64,000 bases of DNA from Candidatus Binatia bacterium (GTDB lineage Bacteria; Desulfobacterota; Binatia; Bin18). This document shows, one piece after another, positions 26,953-37,800 of the stretch. The notes beneath the pieces are model-generated. The model was not told where the DNA came from. It saw nothing but the letters and a program-made list of their open reading frames with translations, and did no database searches. The DNA lies in the NCBI GenBank assembly GCA_963666315.2, contig CAXXHG010000038.1, positions 94,015 to 158,014 on the forward strand, in the 5' to 3' direction. Position 1 is the first letter of the stretch. The number at the start of each line of letters is the position of its first letter. A program made the translations under genes and the position numbers.

Positions 26953-29352
26953 ATGGCCATCAAGAAATCCGACCTCTACTCATCGCTCTGGTCGAGCTGC
27001 GACGAGCTGCGCGGCGGCATGGATGCGAGCCAGTACAAAGACTACGTGCTCGTGCTGCTGTTTGTAAAATACGTCAGCGATAAATATGCCGGCCAGCCCT
27101 ACGCGCCGATTTCTATCCCTGACGGCGCGAGTTTTACGGACATGATGGCCCTCAAGGGGTCGAGCGACATCGGCGACCAGATCAACAAGAAGATCCTAGG
27201 CCCCTTGGCCAACGCCAACGAGCTGTCCGACATGCCGGACTTCAACGACGCCACCAAGCTCGGCACCGGCAAAGAGATGGTGGATCGACTCACCAATCTG
27301 ATCGCCATCTTCGAGAATCCCGCACTCGACTTCTCCAAGAACCGGGCGGATGACGATGACATCCTGGGCGACGCCTACGAATACCTGATGCGCCACTTCG
27401 CCACCGAGAGTGGCAAGAGCAAAGGGCAGTTCTACACCCCGGCTGAAGTGAGTCGTATTATCGCCCAACTGCTTGGCATCCGTGACGCCGTCACCACTAA
27501 CGATACAACTGTCTATGACCCGACCTGTGGTTCAGGCTCACTACTCTTGAAAGTGGGCGAACAGGCGACCGCACAGGTCACACTCTACGGGCAAGAAAAA
27601 GATGCGGCCACTTCCGGCCTCGCCCGTATGAACATGATCTTGCATGATAACCCCACGGCGCTGATCCGGCAGGGCAACACGTTGACCAATCCGCTGTTTA
27701 CAGAAAATGGGCGGCTCAAGACCTTTGACTATGTGATTGCCAATCCGCCCTTTAGCGACAAACGCTGGAGTACCGGGCTCGACCCGCTCAACGACCCCCA
27801 TGAGCGCTTTAGTCATTTCGGGGTACCGCCGGCCAAGCAAGGCGACTATGCCTATCTCCTGCATATTGTGCGCTCACTGAAGAGCACCGGCACCGGCGTG
27901 TGTGTGCTCCCGCACGGGGTCTTGTTTCGCGGCAACGTCGAGGCCGACAGCCGCCGGAATCTGATCCGTCGGGGCTACATCAAAGGCATCGTTGGCCTAC
28001 CGGCCAATCTCTTCTATGGCACGGGTATCCCGGCCTGTCTCATTGTCCTCGATAAAGCGCGCGCGGCGGCCCGCACAGGCATCTTCATGATCGACGCCTC
28101 CAAGGGTTTCATGAAAGACGGCAACAAGAACCGCCTGCGAGAAATGGACCTCCATCGGATTGTCGATGTCTTCACCAAACAGCGCGAAGAGCCCAAGTAT
28201 TCCCGCCTGGTGCCTTTTGAGGAAATAGAGAAAAACGAGTTCAACCTGAACATCCCGCGCTACATCGACAGCCAGGAACCTGAAGACATTCAGGACATTG
28301 AGGGCCACCTACGCGGCGGGATGCCGGTAGCCGATGTGGATGCTCTGGAATCATATTGGTCGGTCTGCCCACACCTACGCGGGAGTCTCTTCAACGAGAT
28401 GCGTCCCGGATACCTGAGCCTGGCCGTCGACACGTCAGCTATCAAGCCGGTCATCTATGAACACGCGGAGTTCGCCGGTTTCATCGCCCGGATGGAGGAT
28501 CATTTTAATCAATGGCGCAATCAGGCCGTAGCGGGGCTCAAGTCCCTGGCGCAGGGCTGTCATCCCAAAACTATTATTACCGAGTTGAGCGAGGGCCTGC
28601 TCAACCACTACGCCGGCATGCCGCTCATAGGCAACTATGATGTCTATCAGCACCTCATGGATTATTGGGCCGCAATCATGCAGGACGACTGCTATCTGAT
28701 CGCCGCCGATGGGTGGAAGGCCGAGCCAGAGCGCATCATCGAGACAGATAAAAAAGGCAAAGAGAAAGACAAGGGCTGGGCCTGCGACCTGGTGCCCAAG
28801 GCCCTTATTGTGGCCCGCTACTTTGCGGAGGAGCAGGCGGCCCTCACCGCGTTGGAGGCTGAACTGGAAAGTATCAGCGCGCAAATGGCCGAACAGGAAG
28901 AAGAGCACGGCGGAGAGGAGGGTCTTTTCGCGGAGCTGGAGAAGGTAAACAAGGCCAACGTCACCGCCCGGCTGAAGGATATCAAACGTGATCCCGATGC
29001 CAAGGACGAAGCCAAGGCGCTGAACGACTGGCTCATGCTCTGCAACGAGGAGGCAGCAAAAAAGAAAGTCATCAAAGAGGTCGATGCCGCCCTCGATGCC
29101 AAAGCGCTGGCCAAGTACCCGATGCTCAGTGAGGATGAGGTCAAGACGTTGGTGGTGGAAGACAAATGGCTTACGACCCTTGCCGGCGCTCTGCACGGCG
29201 AGATGGACCGCATCAGCCAATCTTTGACACAGCGTGTGAAAGAGCTGGCCGAACGCTATGAAACCCCGCTGCCCCAAGTCGGAAGCCAGGCTGCTGAGCT
29301 GGAGCAGAAAGTGAATTGCCACCTGGAGAAGATGGGTTTCTCATGGAACTGA
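26953..29352 (+). CDS. hsdM: type I R-M methyltransferase subunit
   Basis: LWSSCDELRGGMDASQYKDY, GQFYTP, YDPTCGSG, ANPPF. Confidence 0.96.
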   Translation: MAIKKSDLYSSLWSSCDELRGGMDASQYKDYVLVLLFVKYVSDKYAGQPYAPISIPDGASFTDMMALKGSSDIGDQINKKILGPLANANELSDMPDFNDATKLGTGKEMVDRLTNLIAIFENPALDFSKNRADDDDILGDAYEYLMRHFATESGKSKGQFYTPAEVSRIIAQLLGIRDAVTTNDTTVYDPTCGSGSLLLKVGEQATAQVTLYGQEKDAATSGLARMNMILHDNPTALIRQGNTLTNPLFTENGRLKTFDYVIANPPFSDKRWSTGLDPLNDPHERFSHFGVPPAKQGDYAYLLHIVRSLKSTGTGVCVLPHGVLFRGNVEADSRRNLIRRGYIKGIVGLPANLFYGTGIPACLIVLDKARAAARTGIFMIDASKGFMKDGNKNRLREMDLHRIVDVFTKQREEPKYSRLVPFEEIEKNEFNLNIPRYIDSQEPEDIQDIEGHLRGGMPVADVDALESYWSVCPHLRGSLFNEMRPGYLSLAVDTSAIKPVIYEHAEFAGFIARMEDHFNQWRNQAVAGLKSLAQGCHPKTIITELSEGLLNHYAGMPLIGNYDVYQHLMDYWAAIMQDDCYLIAADGWKAEPERIIETDKKGKEKDKGWACDLVPKALIVARYFAEEQAALTALEAELESISAQMAEQEEEHGGEEGLFAELEKVNKANVTARLKDIKRDPDAKDEAKALNDWLMLCNEEAAKKKVIKEVDAALDAKALAKYPMLSEDEVKTLVVEDKWLTTLAGALHGEMDRISQSLTQRVKELAERYETPLPQVGSQAAELEQKVNCHLEKMGFSWN

Positions 29353-30624
29353 GACCTGGTTACAAGCAGACTGAGGTGGGGGCGATCCCGGAGGATTGGG
29401 AAGTTGGCTCTTTAGAATTTTTGACTGACCCGAGACGGCCCATCTCCTACGGTATCGTTCAGACAGGGCCGACTGTCCCGAATGGGGTGAGATGCCTGCG
29501 CGTCTTGGATGTTAATGATGGCCGAATAAGCAAGGACAAGCTCATAACGACAAGCAAAGAAATCAGCAGCGCTTACAAAAGAACCATCCTAAAAGCTGGC
29601 GACTTGGTTATGCCGCTGCGCGGCAAAGTGGGAGACGTAGCAATCGTTGATCAGGACCTGGCTGGCTCCAATCTCACTAGGGGCATCGCGCTAATTTCGA
29701 TTCGGTCAGATTGGAGCGCCTCCTACAGTCAGCAATTTATTTCGTCGCCTGCCACGCGAAACAGGCTAGAGCACTCCTTAAACGGATCGGCTTTACAGGA
29801 GATTCCAATAGCAACCTTACGCGCCTTCAAAATTGCCCTCCCCCCCACCAAAGCCGAACAAGAAGCCATTGCCCAGGCGCTCTCAGATGCGGATGCCCTC
29901 ATCGCATCCCTAGAGCACCCTCATCACCAAAAAACGCCGGATCAAACAAGGTGCCATGCAGGAATTGCTCACGGGGAAGAAGCGACTGCCGGGGTTCGAG
30001 ACTAATCCGGGTTACAAGCAGACCGAAATCGGAAGGATTCCAGAGGATTGGGAGGTTCACGGGCTGGGTCAACTCTGTAATTGTTTCTCTGGTGGAACGC
30101 CAAGTACTTCGAATCCTAGCTATTACGGCGGAAACATTCCATGGATTACTTCAAGTGATTTGAACAAGGAACGAATAACAGAAGTCGAAGGCCGCATTAC
30201 TGATGCTGGCCTCGCAAATTCTTCAGCCAAGATCACCAACGAGAATTCATTGCTTCTAGCCCTTTATGGTGCAACTGCTGGAGTAAGTGCCATAACTGAG
30301 ATACGGGCAGCGATAAACCAAGCTGTATTAGTGATTATTCCAGTTAGACTAAATGTCGATTACCTTTTTCAGTATCTACGACTGAAAAAGGACTCATACA
30401 TCAAGACATATACCCAAGGTGGGCAGCCAAACTTTAGCGGCGAGATCGTTAAGTCATTTTTAATTCCGATCCCCCCCACCAAGGCCGAACAAACCGCCAT
30501 CGCCGGCATCCTCACCGACATGGACACCGAAATCACCGCCCTAGAATCAAAACTGACCAAGACCCGCCAGCTCAAACAGGGCATGATGCACAACCTGCTC
30601 GCCGGGAGGATTCGCCTGGTATGA
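29343..30624 (+). pseudogene. hsdS: type I specificity subunit, copy 1, +1 frameshift in the central conserved region (29918-29920)
   Basis: GYKQTEVGAIPEDW-TRD-PPTKAEQEAIA; GAGCACCCTCATC versus GAGCAACTCATC in copy 2; span is 3n+1; second half is ORF 29956-30624. Confidence 0.9.
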
Positions 30625-30668
30625 CCACCATCGGCACACCCGAACGAGTCACCCAGGACCGCGTCTGA
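30621..30668 (+). pseudogene. duplicated first 15 codons of hsdR (mini-ORF MTTIGTPERVTQDRV)
   Basis: Matches 32067-32111 except one base; ends in TGA. Confidence 0.9.
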
Positions 30669-30672
30669 AACC

Positions 30673-30744
30673 ATGAGCAAGGTTGCTGAGCTGGAGAAGA
30701 AAGTGAACGGCCACTTGGAGCAGATGGGATACTCATGGACATGA
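30673..30744 (+). pseudogene. diverged copy of the hsdM 3' end (mini-ORF MSKVAELEKKVNGHLEQMGYSWT)
   Basis: Compare HsdM end SQAAELEQKVNCHLEKMGFSWN; overlaps hsdS2 start by 10 nt exactly as hsdM overlaps hsdS1. Confidence 0.9.
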
Positions 30745-32070
30745 TGAGCCGTTCTTCATGTCCGAAAGGGTACAAGCAGACCGAGGTAGGGGTGATCCCG
30801 GAGGATTGGGAGGTTGTCTGTTTATCTGACGTATTGGATGGGTTTCAGAATGGTTACGCTTTTTCTGCCCAAGCATATACTTCTTCGGGAGTGCCTATCG
30901 TAACAATGGCGCAAATCAGCCTCGATGGCTCGTTTCAGTTTGATGAGGCTATTGTAAATAACTGGGACGATGAAGAGGCTAAGAAACTCAAGGCTTTCTT
31001 CGTAAATGATGGCGATGTCATTGTTTCCATGACTGACGTAACACCCTCCAAGAATCTGATTGGCAGAATGGCTTTGACCAAGCTCGATAAGCCAGCTCTT
31101 CTAAATCAACGAGTGGGTTTACTACGGCTAAACAGGGATAGAATCCTTCCTGGGTATCTCGTCCCTTTATCCAATCAGAGTGCATGGCGAAGCTATTGCA
31201 AAGGAGCCGCTACCTTAGGAGTCCAGGCAAATATTGGAACGAAGGAGCTGAAAAATGGACTAATTCCTCTCCCCCCCACCATCGCCGAACAAGAAGCCAT
31301 CGCCGAGGCGCTCTCCGATGCGGATACCCTCATCGAATCCGTTGAGCAACTCATCACCAAAAAACGCCAGATCAAACAAGGGGCCATGCAGGAATTGCTC
31401 ACTAGCAAGAAGCGCCTGCCGGGGTTTGAAATCAAATCCGGCACCAAGCAGACCGAGGTCGGGGTGATTCCAAACGATTGGGAAGCAAAGCAAATTCAAG
31501 AAGTTTGTGATTTCATCGTGCCAGGAAGAAACAGACCCCGAGTTTTCAACGGGGATATTCCCTGGATTACGACTCCCGATTTAGAAGATGGCAGAAATGT
31601 ACATGAGTCCCGTTTGTCGCTCAGAGTATCGATAAGCGAGGCCAAGGCCGTCGGATCGAAGGTTGTTCCAGAAGGCTCAGTGTTGATGTCGTGCGTTGGA
31701 GAATTGGGGATCGTGGCGCTGGCTGGACGTGACATTGTCATCAATCAACAACTTCATGCTTTCTTACCGACGGGAGCGATCAACCCAGTGTTCCTAGTTT
31801 ACGCTATCAAGACCCAGGCATCTTATATTGAAAGCGTCGCAACGAAGACGGCTTTACCTTATCTGAATAAAGAAAACTGCAACTCAATTCCAATTCCACT
31901 GCCTCCTCTTGCCGAACAAGAAGCCATAGCCGACGCGCTCTCCGACATGGACACGGAAATCGACGCCATACAATCAAAACTGACCAAGGCCCGCCAACTC
32001 AAACAAGGCCCGCCAACTCAAACAAGGCATGACGCACAACCTGCTGACCGGGAGGATTCGCCTGGTATGA
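30735..32070 (+). CDS. hsdS: type I specificity subunit, copy 2 (different TRDs); a 19-bp duplication fuses it in frame to hsdR
   Basis: Two TRDs with conserved regions; CAAGGCCCGCCAACTCAAA x2 at 31985-32022; removing one copy restores the stop at 32068-32070. Confidence 0.88.
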
Positions 32071-34676
32071 CCACCATCGGCACTCCCGAACGAGTCACCC
32101 AGGACCGCGTCATCACACTCTTCCGGGAAGAGCTGGGCTACGACTATCTCGGCGACTGGCAAGATCGTGCCGACAACAGCAACATCGAAGAAGACCAGCT
32201 CACCGCCTATCTAAAAAAGACCGGCTACAGCGCAGAGCAAATTGCCAGGGCGCTGCACGCGCTTCGCACTGAAGCCAACAACCCGAACCGCAGCCTCTAC
32301 GACAACAACAAAACGGTCTATGGCCTACTCCGCTACGGCGTGCCCGTGAAAGCGGCGGCTGGCGAAAACACCGAAACCGTCAAACTCATCAATTGGGACG
32401 AGCCGGCAGCAAACGACTTCGCCCTTGCCCAAGAGGTTACCCTCAAAGGCAACCACGAACGCCGGCCTGACCTGGTGCTGTATATCAATGGCATCGCCGT
32501 GGGCGTCATCGAACTCAAGAACAGCCGCGTCTCCATTGGCGATGGTATTCGCCAGAACATCTCCAACCAGCAAAAAGAGTTTAACCAATGGTTCTTCGGT
32601 ACCGTGCAATTCGTCTTTGCCGGCAATGACAGCGAGGGACTCAAATACGGCACCATTGGCACCCCGGAGAAATACTACCTTCAGTGGAAAGAAGACGAGG
32701 CCGACAATACCCGCTTCACGCTCGACAAATATCTACTCAAGATGTGCGCCAAGGACCGGCTCATCGAATTGATACACGACTTCGTGCTCTTTGACGGCGG
32801 GATCAAGAAACTGCCGCGCGTGCACCAGTATTTCGCCGTGAAGGCCGCCCAGCAGCGGGTCGATGAAGGGAAAGGCGGCATCATCTGGCATACCCAGGGC
32901 AGCGGCAAAAGCATCGTCATGGTGCTGCTGGCTAAATGGATGCTGGAGCACCAGCCCAACGCGCGGGTGGCCATCGTTACCGACCGCGACGATCTGGACA
33001 AACAGATCGAGAGTGTTTTCTCCGACGCCGGCGAGGACATCTACCGCACCCGCAATGGTAGCGACCTCATGACCCGGCTCGGCCACGCCACGCCACGACT
33101 GATCTGCTCGCTGGTCCATAAGTTCGGCAAAAAGGAAGTCGATAATTTCGAGCAGTTCATCACAGAACTTGAGGCCCAGCCCTGCCATACCGTCGGCGAT
33201 ATTTTCGTGTTCGTGGACGAGTGCCACCGCACGCAGAGCGGCAAGCTGCACCGCACCATGAAGGCAATCATGCCACACGCGGCGTTTATCGGCTTCACCG
33301 GCACGCCGCTGCTCAAGAAAGACCAGCAGACCAGCCTGGAAGTCTTTGGCCGCTATATCCATACCTACAAGTTCACCGAAGGGGTCGAGGACAAGGTGAT
33401 CCTCGATCTGGTCTATGAGGCACGTGACATCGACCAGCGTATCGGTTCCGAAGACAACATCGACGCCTGGTTCGAGGCCAAGACCAGGGGTCTCAACGAC
33501 TGGCAAAAAGGGGTGCTGCGCGAGCAGTGGGGCACGATGCAGCAGGTGCTCAGTTCCCGCTCTCGTATGGATAAAGTGGTGCAGAACATCGAGCTTGATT
33601 TTGCGGTGAAGCCCCGGCTGGCCAATCAACGCGGCACGGCCATGCTCATCGCCGCCAGCATCTACGAAGCCTGCAAATACTTCGCGCTGTTCCAGCGCTC
33701 AACGCTCAAGGACAATTGCGCCGTGATCACGTCCTACAGCCCCCTGACACAAGACATCACCCTGGAGGACACCGGCGCCAATACCGAGACGGACAAGGAG
33801 TTCATTTACCATACCTACACCGAGCTACTGAAAAATATCGACGCGCGCCCGGGCAAGACCAAGACCGAGACCTACGAAGAGGATGCGAAAGACCTCTTCA
33901 AAAAGCAGCCGGCCAATATGAAGCTCCTGATAGTGGTAGACAAGCTGCTCACCGGCTTCGACGCGCCGAGCTGTACCTATCTCTATATCGACAAATCCAT
34001 GCAGGACCACGGCTTGTTCCAGGCGATCTGCCGCACCAACCGGCTTGACGGCGACGACAAAGAGTTCGGCTATATCGTGGACTACAAGGACCTCTTCAAA
34101 AAGGTTGAGAAGGCCATCGCCGTCTACACCGCCGAGCTGGATCAGAGTGATGGCGGCCCGGCTCCCGAGATTCTCCTGCACGACCGTTTGACCAAAGGCC
34201 GTGAGCGGCTCGAAAACGCGCGGGAAGCTATTGCTCTGTTATGCGAGCCCGTAGAGCCCCCGAAAGGGGAACTCGAGTATATTCACTATTTTTGCGGCAA
34301 CACCGAGCTGCCCGCTGATCTGGCGGCGCGCGAACCGCAGCGGGTGGCCTTGTACAAAGCCACCGTGTTGTTGGTCCGGGCCTTCGCCAATATTGCCGAC
34401 GAACTGGAGGCGGCGGGGTACAGCCCGACCGAGACGAACCAGATCAAGCAGGACCTCGACCGCTCTCTGAAGCTCCGCGAAGTCATTCGCAAGGCAAGCG
34501 GCGAGACTATTGACCTCAAAGCCTACGAGGCCGACATGCGCCACTTAATATCCCCACTCCTCATGGCGGACCGGCAGCCGATTCAGCTCATCCCGCCGTT
34601 GCTGCCAGTGCGGAAGGAAGCGATCCAGTACGGCGGTGAACCGACTATTGTGACTCGGCTCAATCAGGTGTCCTAA
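32067..34676 (+). CDS. hsdR: type I restriction subunit, apparently C-terminally truncated near 34550
   Basis: RPDLVLYING..IELK, WHTQGSGKS, DECHR, GFTGTP, LLTGFD; family-like sequence stops at AYEADMRHLI. Confidence 0.9.
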   Translation: MTTIGTPERVTQDRVITLFREELGYDYLGDWQDRADNSNIEEDQLTAYLKKTGYSAEQIARALHALRTEANNPNRSLYDNNKTVYGLLRYGVPVKAAAGENTETVKLINWDEPAANDFALAQEVTLKGNHERRPDLVLYINGIAVGVIELKNSRVSIGDGIRQNISNQQKEFNQWFFGTVQFVFAGNDSEGLKYGTIGTPEKYYLQWKEDEADNTRFTLDKYLLKMCAKDRLIELIHDFVLFDGGIKKLPRVHQYFAVKAAQQRVDEGKGGIIWHTQGSGKSIVMVLLAKWMLEHQPNARVAIVTDRDDLDKQIESVFSDAGEDIYRTRNGSDLMTRLGHATPRLICSLVHKFGKKEVDNFEQFITELEAQPCHTVGDIFVFVDECHRTQSGKLHRTMKAIMPHAAFIGFTGTPLLKKDQQTSLEVFGRYIHTYKFTEGVEDKVILDLVYEARDIDQRIGSEDNIDAWFEAKTRGLNDWQKGVLREQWGTMQQVLSSRSRMDKVVQNIELDFAVKPRLANQRGTAMLIAASIYEACKYFALFQRSTLKDNCAVITSYSPLTQDITLEDTGANTETDKEFIYHTYTELLKNIDARPGKTKTETYEEDAKDLFKKQPANMKLLIVVDKLLTGFDAPSCTYLYIDKSMQDHGLFQAICRTNRLDGDDKEFGYIVDYKDLFKKVEKAIAVYTAELDQSDGGPAPEILLHDRLTKGRERLENAREAIALLCEPVEPPKGELEYIHYFCGNTELPADLAAREPQRVALYKATVLLVRAFANIADELEAAGYSPTETNQIKQDLDRSLKLREVIRKASGETIDLKAYEADMRHLISPLLMADRQPIQLIPPLLPVRKEAIQYGGEPTIVTRLNQVS

Positions 34677-34703
34677 TTCGTGGACAATAATATACTCGAG
34701 GCA
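34545..34703 (-). pseudogene. inverted C-terminal fragment of a YgjP/DUF45 (M48-like) zinc metallohydrolase gene
   Basis: Minus-strand translation CLEYIIVHELGHLIEPSHNSRFTAVLDRFLPHWQQRRDELNRLPVRHEEWGY* (HExxH..H); no start codon. Confidence 0.85.
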
Positions 34704-34819
34704 CGCGCGCGTGCTGCACGTTTGGCCTACGCCAATAATAAGCGCTTGAATCCCCAGCCAGCAACGCCTATGAGTTAAGGTCTTCCAAGAATGAACGATG
34801 TAAGCCTGAGCTGTTCCGC

Positions 34820-37800
34820 ATGGATAATAGATTCTTCGAACGCCCGATCTTGAACTCTCCTTACGAGTATCCCGCGCAATATTGGGAGCTTGATGGGGAT
34901 GGGCAGCCGACTCATCAGATAATGGAAGGCCGCCGCCCGGCTAAATTTGTTACTCCGATACCGAAACCAAGAAAACGTAAAGGAGCCTCGGACCAACAGC
35001 AGTTTGTCTTTGATGAAGGCCAAGGACTTTCATCCGCAGAGCAGCAATATGAACGGACGGCGACAATTATCAATGCGATTCGTCGTCAGGTGGATCGGTG
35101 GCGAAATCGACCCAATGTAGCCGACTGGCATGTGACCCCCGAGACTGCTCGTTTGCTACAACACTGGCGGCACCATGAATTTAGTAATATCCGGCCATTT
35201 TTCTGTCAGTTGGAAGCGGTTGAAACCGTCATCTGGTTGACTGAGGTCGCGCCCACGGCTGGCAAGACGGGCAAAGATTTCCTTGATCATCTTCTAAGAG
35301 CAAGTGCTGACGCCAATCCAGACTTGATCCGGTTGGCCCTCAAGTTGGCTACCGGTGCGGGTAAAACTACAGTCATGGCTATGCTGATTGCTTGGCAGAC
35401 TATCAACGCCAAGCGCAGCCCCATGAGCAAGAGATTCACACGTGGCTTTCTAGTCGTTACGCCAGGTCTGACTATCCGTGACCGGCTGCGTGTCCTGCAA
35501 CCGAACGATCCGGATAGTTACTTCCGAGACCGTGAACTCGTACCCAATGAGATGCTCGGCGATTTGAAAGGCGCCAAGATTGTTATCACCAACTACCACG
35601 CATTTAAGCTGCGCGAGCGGATGGAACTATCGAAAGGCGGGCGCTCATTGCTGCAAGGCCGGGGTCAGGCGTTGAGCACCCTAGAAACGGAAGGACAGAT
35701 GCTCCAGCGTGTCGTGCCCGATCTGATGGGCATGAAACACATCATAGTCCTGAACGACGAAGCACATCACTGCTATCGTCAGAAGCTGGGAGAAGAGCAA
35801 GAAGGAGACCTGAAGGGAGACGAAAAGAAAGAAGCCGCAAAGCACAAGGAAGCTGCGCGAGTGTGGATCTCGGGTCTTGAAGCGATTAACCGGAAACTCG
35901 GTGTGACCCGAGTGATTGACCTGTCTGCCACGCCTTTCTTTCTCAGTGGGTCTGGCTACGTGGAAGGTACACTGTTCCCTTGGACGGTGAACGACTTCTC
36001 GCTCATGGATGCAATCGAATGCGGCATCGTTAAGCTGCCACGGGTTCCAGTGGCCGATAACATTCCGGGTGGGGAAATGCCAAAGTTTCGCAACCTGTGG
36101 GAATATATTCGCGCCCGGATGCCCAAGAAGGGTCGGGGCAAGGGTAAGACCCTCGATCCGCTCAGCCTTCCTGTTCAGCTCCAGACCGCTCTGGAGGCAC
36201 TCTACGGACATTACAAGAAAACATACGAACTGTGGGAAGAAAGTGGTATCCGCGTTCCTCCTTGCTTCATCGTAGTTTGCAACAATACCTCTACTTCCAA
36301 GCTGGTCTATGACTATATCTCGGGCTTCACTAGAGAGAACGAAGACGGTTCCAGCACACTGGAGAATGGACGTTTGGCATTGTTTCGGAATTTTGACGAA
36401 CACGGCAATCCATTGGCGCGTCCTCGCACGTTGTTGATCGACAGTGAGCAGCTAGAATCCGGCGATGCGCTGGACACCAACTTTCGCAATGTGGCGAGTG
36501 AAGAGATCGAACGTTTCCGGCGCGAAATCGCCGAGCGCACGGGCGACCGGAGTCAGGCCGAGAATATTACCGACCAAGAGCTGCTCCGCGAGGTTATGAA
36601 CACAGTCGGCAAGCAGGACCGCCTCGGCGAGTCGATTCGCTGCGTTGTGTCAGTTTCCATGCTCACCGAAGGCTGGGATGCAAATACGGTTACACATGTT
36701 TTGGGCGTCCGGGCCTTCGGTACCCAGCTTTTGTGCGAGCAGGTGATTGGCCGTGCATTACGCCGCCAGTCGTATGACCTCAATGAAGAAGGCCGGTTCA
36801 ACCCTGAGTACGCAGACGTACTCGGGATTCCGTTTGACTTCGCTGCTAAGCCCGTTGTCGCCCCACCCCAACCACCACGTGAGACTATTCGGGTAAGTGC
36901 GGTTCGTCCGGACCGCGACCATCTTGAAATCGAATTTCCACGAGTGCAAGGCTATCGAGTCGAACTGCCCGAAGAGAGGCTCACGGCAGAGTTCAATGAC
37001 GACTCGATCCTGGAGCTGACGCCGGAGCTTGTCGGTCCTTCCATCACGCGTAACGCCGCAATTATTGGTGAAGATATAGACCTCAGTCTGAAGCACCTGA
37101 AAGATAGGCGGCCCTCCAGGGTCCTGTACAACGTTACTACGCGGTTGCTTTACACAAAATGGCGCGACCCTGGAGAAGACCCTAAACTCCACCTATTTGG
37201 ACAACTGAAACGTATTACTAAGCAATGGTTCGACAACTGCTTAACCTGCAAAGGCGGCACCTACCCCGCCCAGCTCATGTACCAAGAATTGGCTGACATG
37301 GCCTGCGAGCGCATAAATGCCGGTATTACTCGCGCCTTGGTTGGCACTCGACCTGTCAAAGTTCTACTCGATCCGTACAACCCTACTGACTCCACAATGC
37401 ATGTGGACTTCACCACGTCAAAAAGAGGTCGATGGGAAACGGATGCACGACGTTGCCATATCAACTGGGTTATCCTCGACAGCGACTGGGAGGCCGAATT
37501 CTGCCGCGTCGCGGAAGCGCATTCAGCGGTCCAGACATACGTGAAGAATCACAACCTCGGCCTCGAAATCCCCTACCGTTATGGATCGACGATGCGCACT
37601 TACATTCCGGACTTCATCGTGGTGCTGAACGATGGCCATGACGATCCATTGCATCTGATCGTTGAGATCAAGGGTTATCGGCGTGAAGACGCCAAGGAAA
37701 AGAAATCCACCATGGAAACCTACTGGGTGCCAGGGGTGAATAACCATGGGCAGTATGGTCGCTGGGCATTTGCCGAGTTTACCGAGGTCTATCAGATGGA

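Noticed and set aside
28435-29322. 295-aa minus-strand ORF (also 32733-33629 and 35681-36403)
   Set aside because: Antisense shadows of hsdM, hsdR and res; no recognisable motifs.
30735-34676. 1313-aa ORF as a novel natural HsdS-HsdR fusion family
   Set aside because: Explained by a 19-bp duplication; the native stop/start overlap is still present at 32067-32070.
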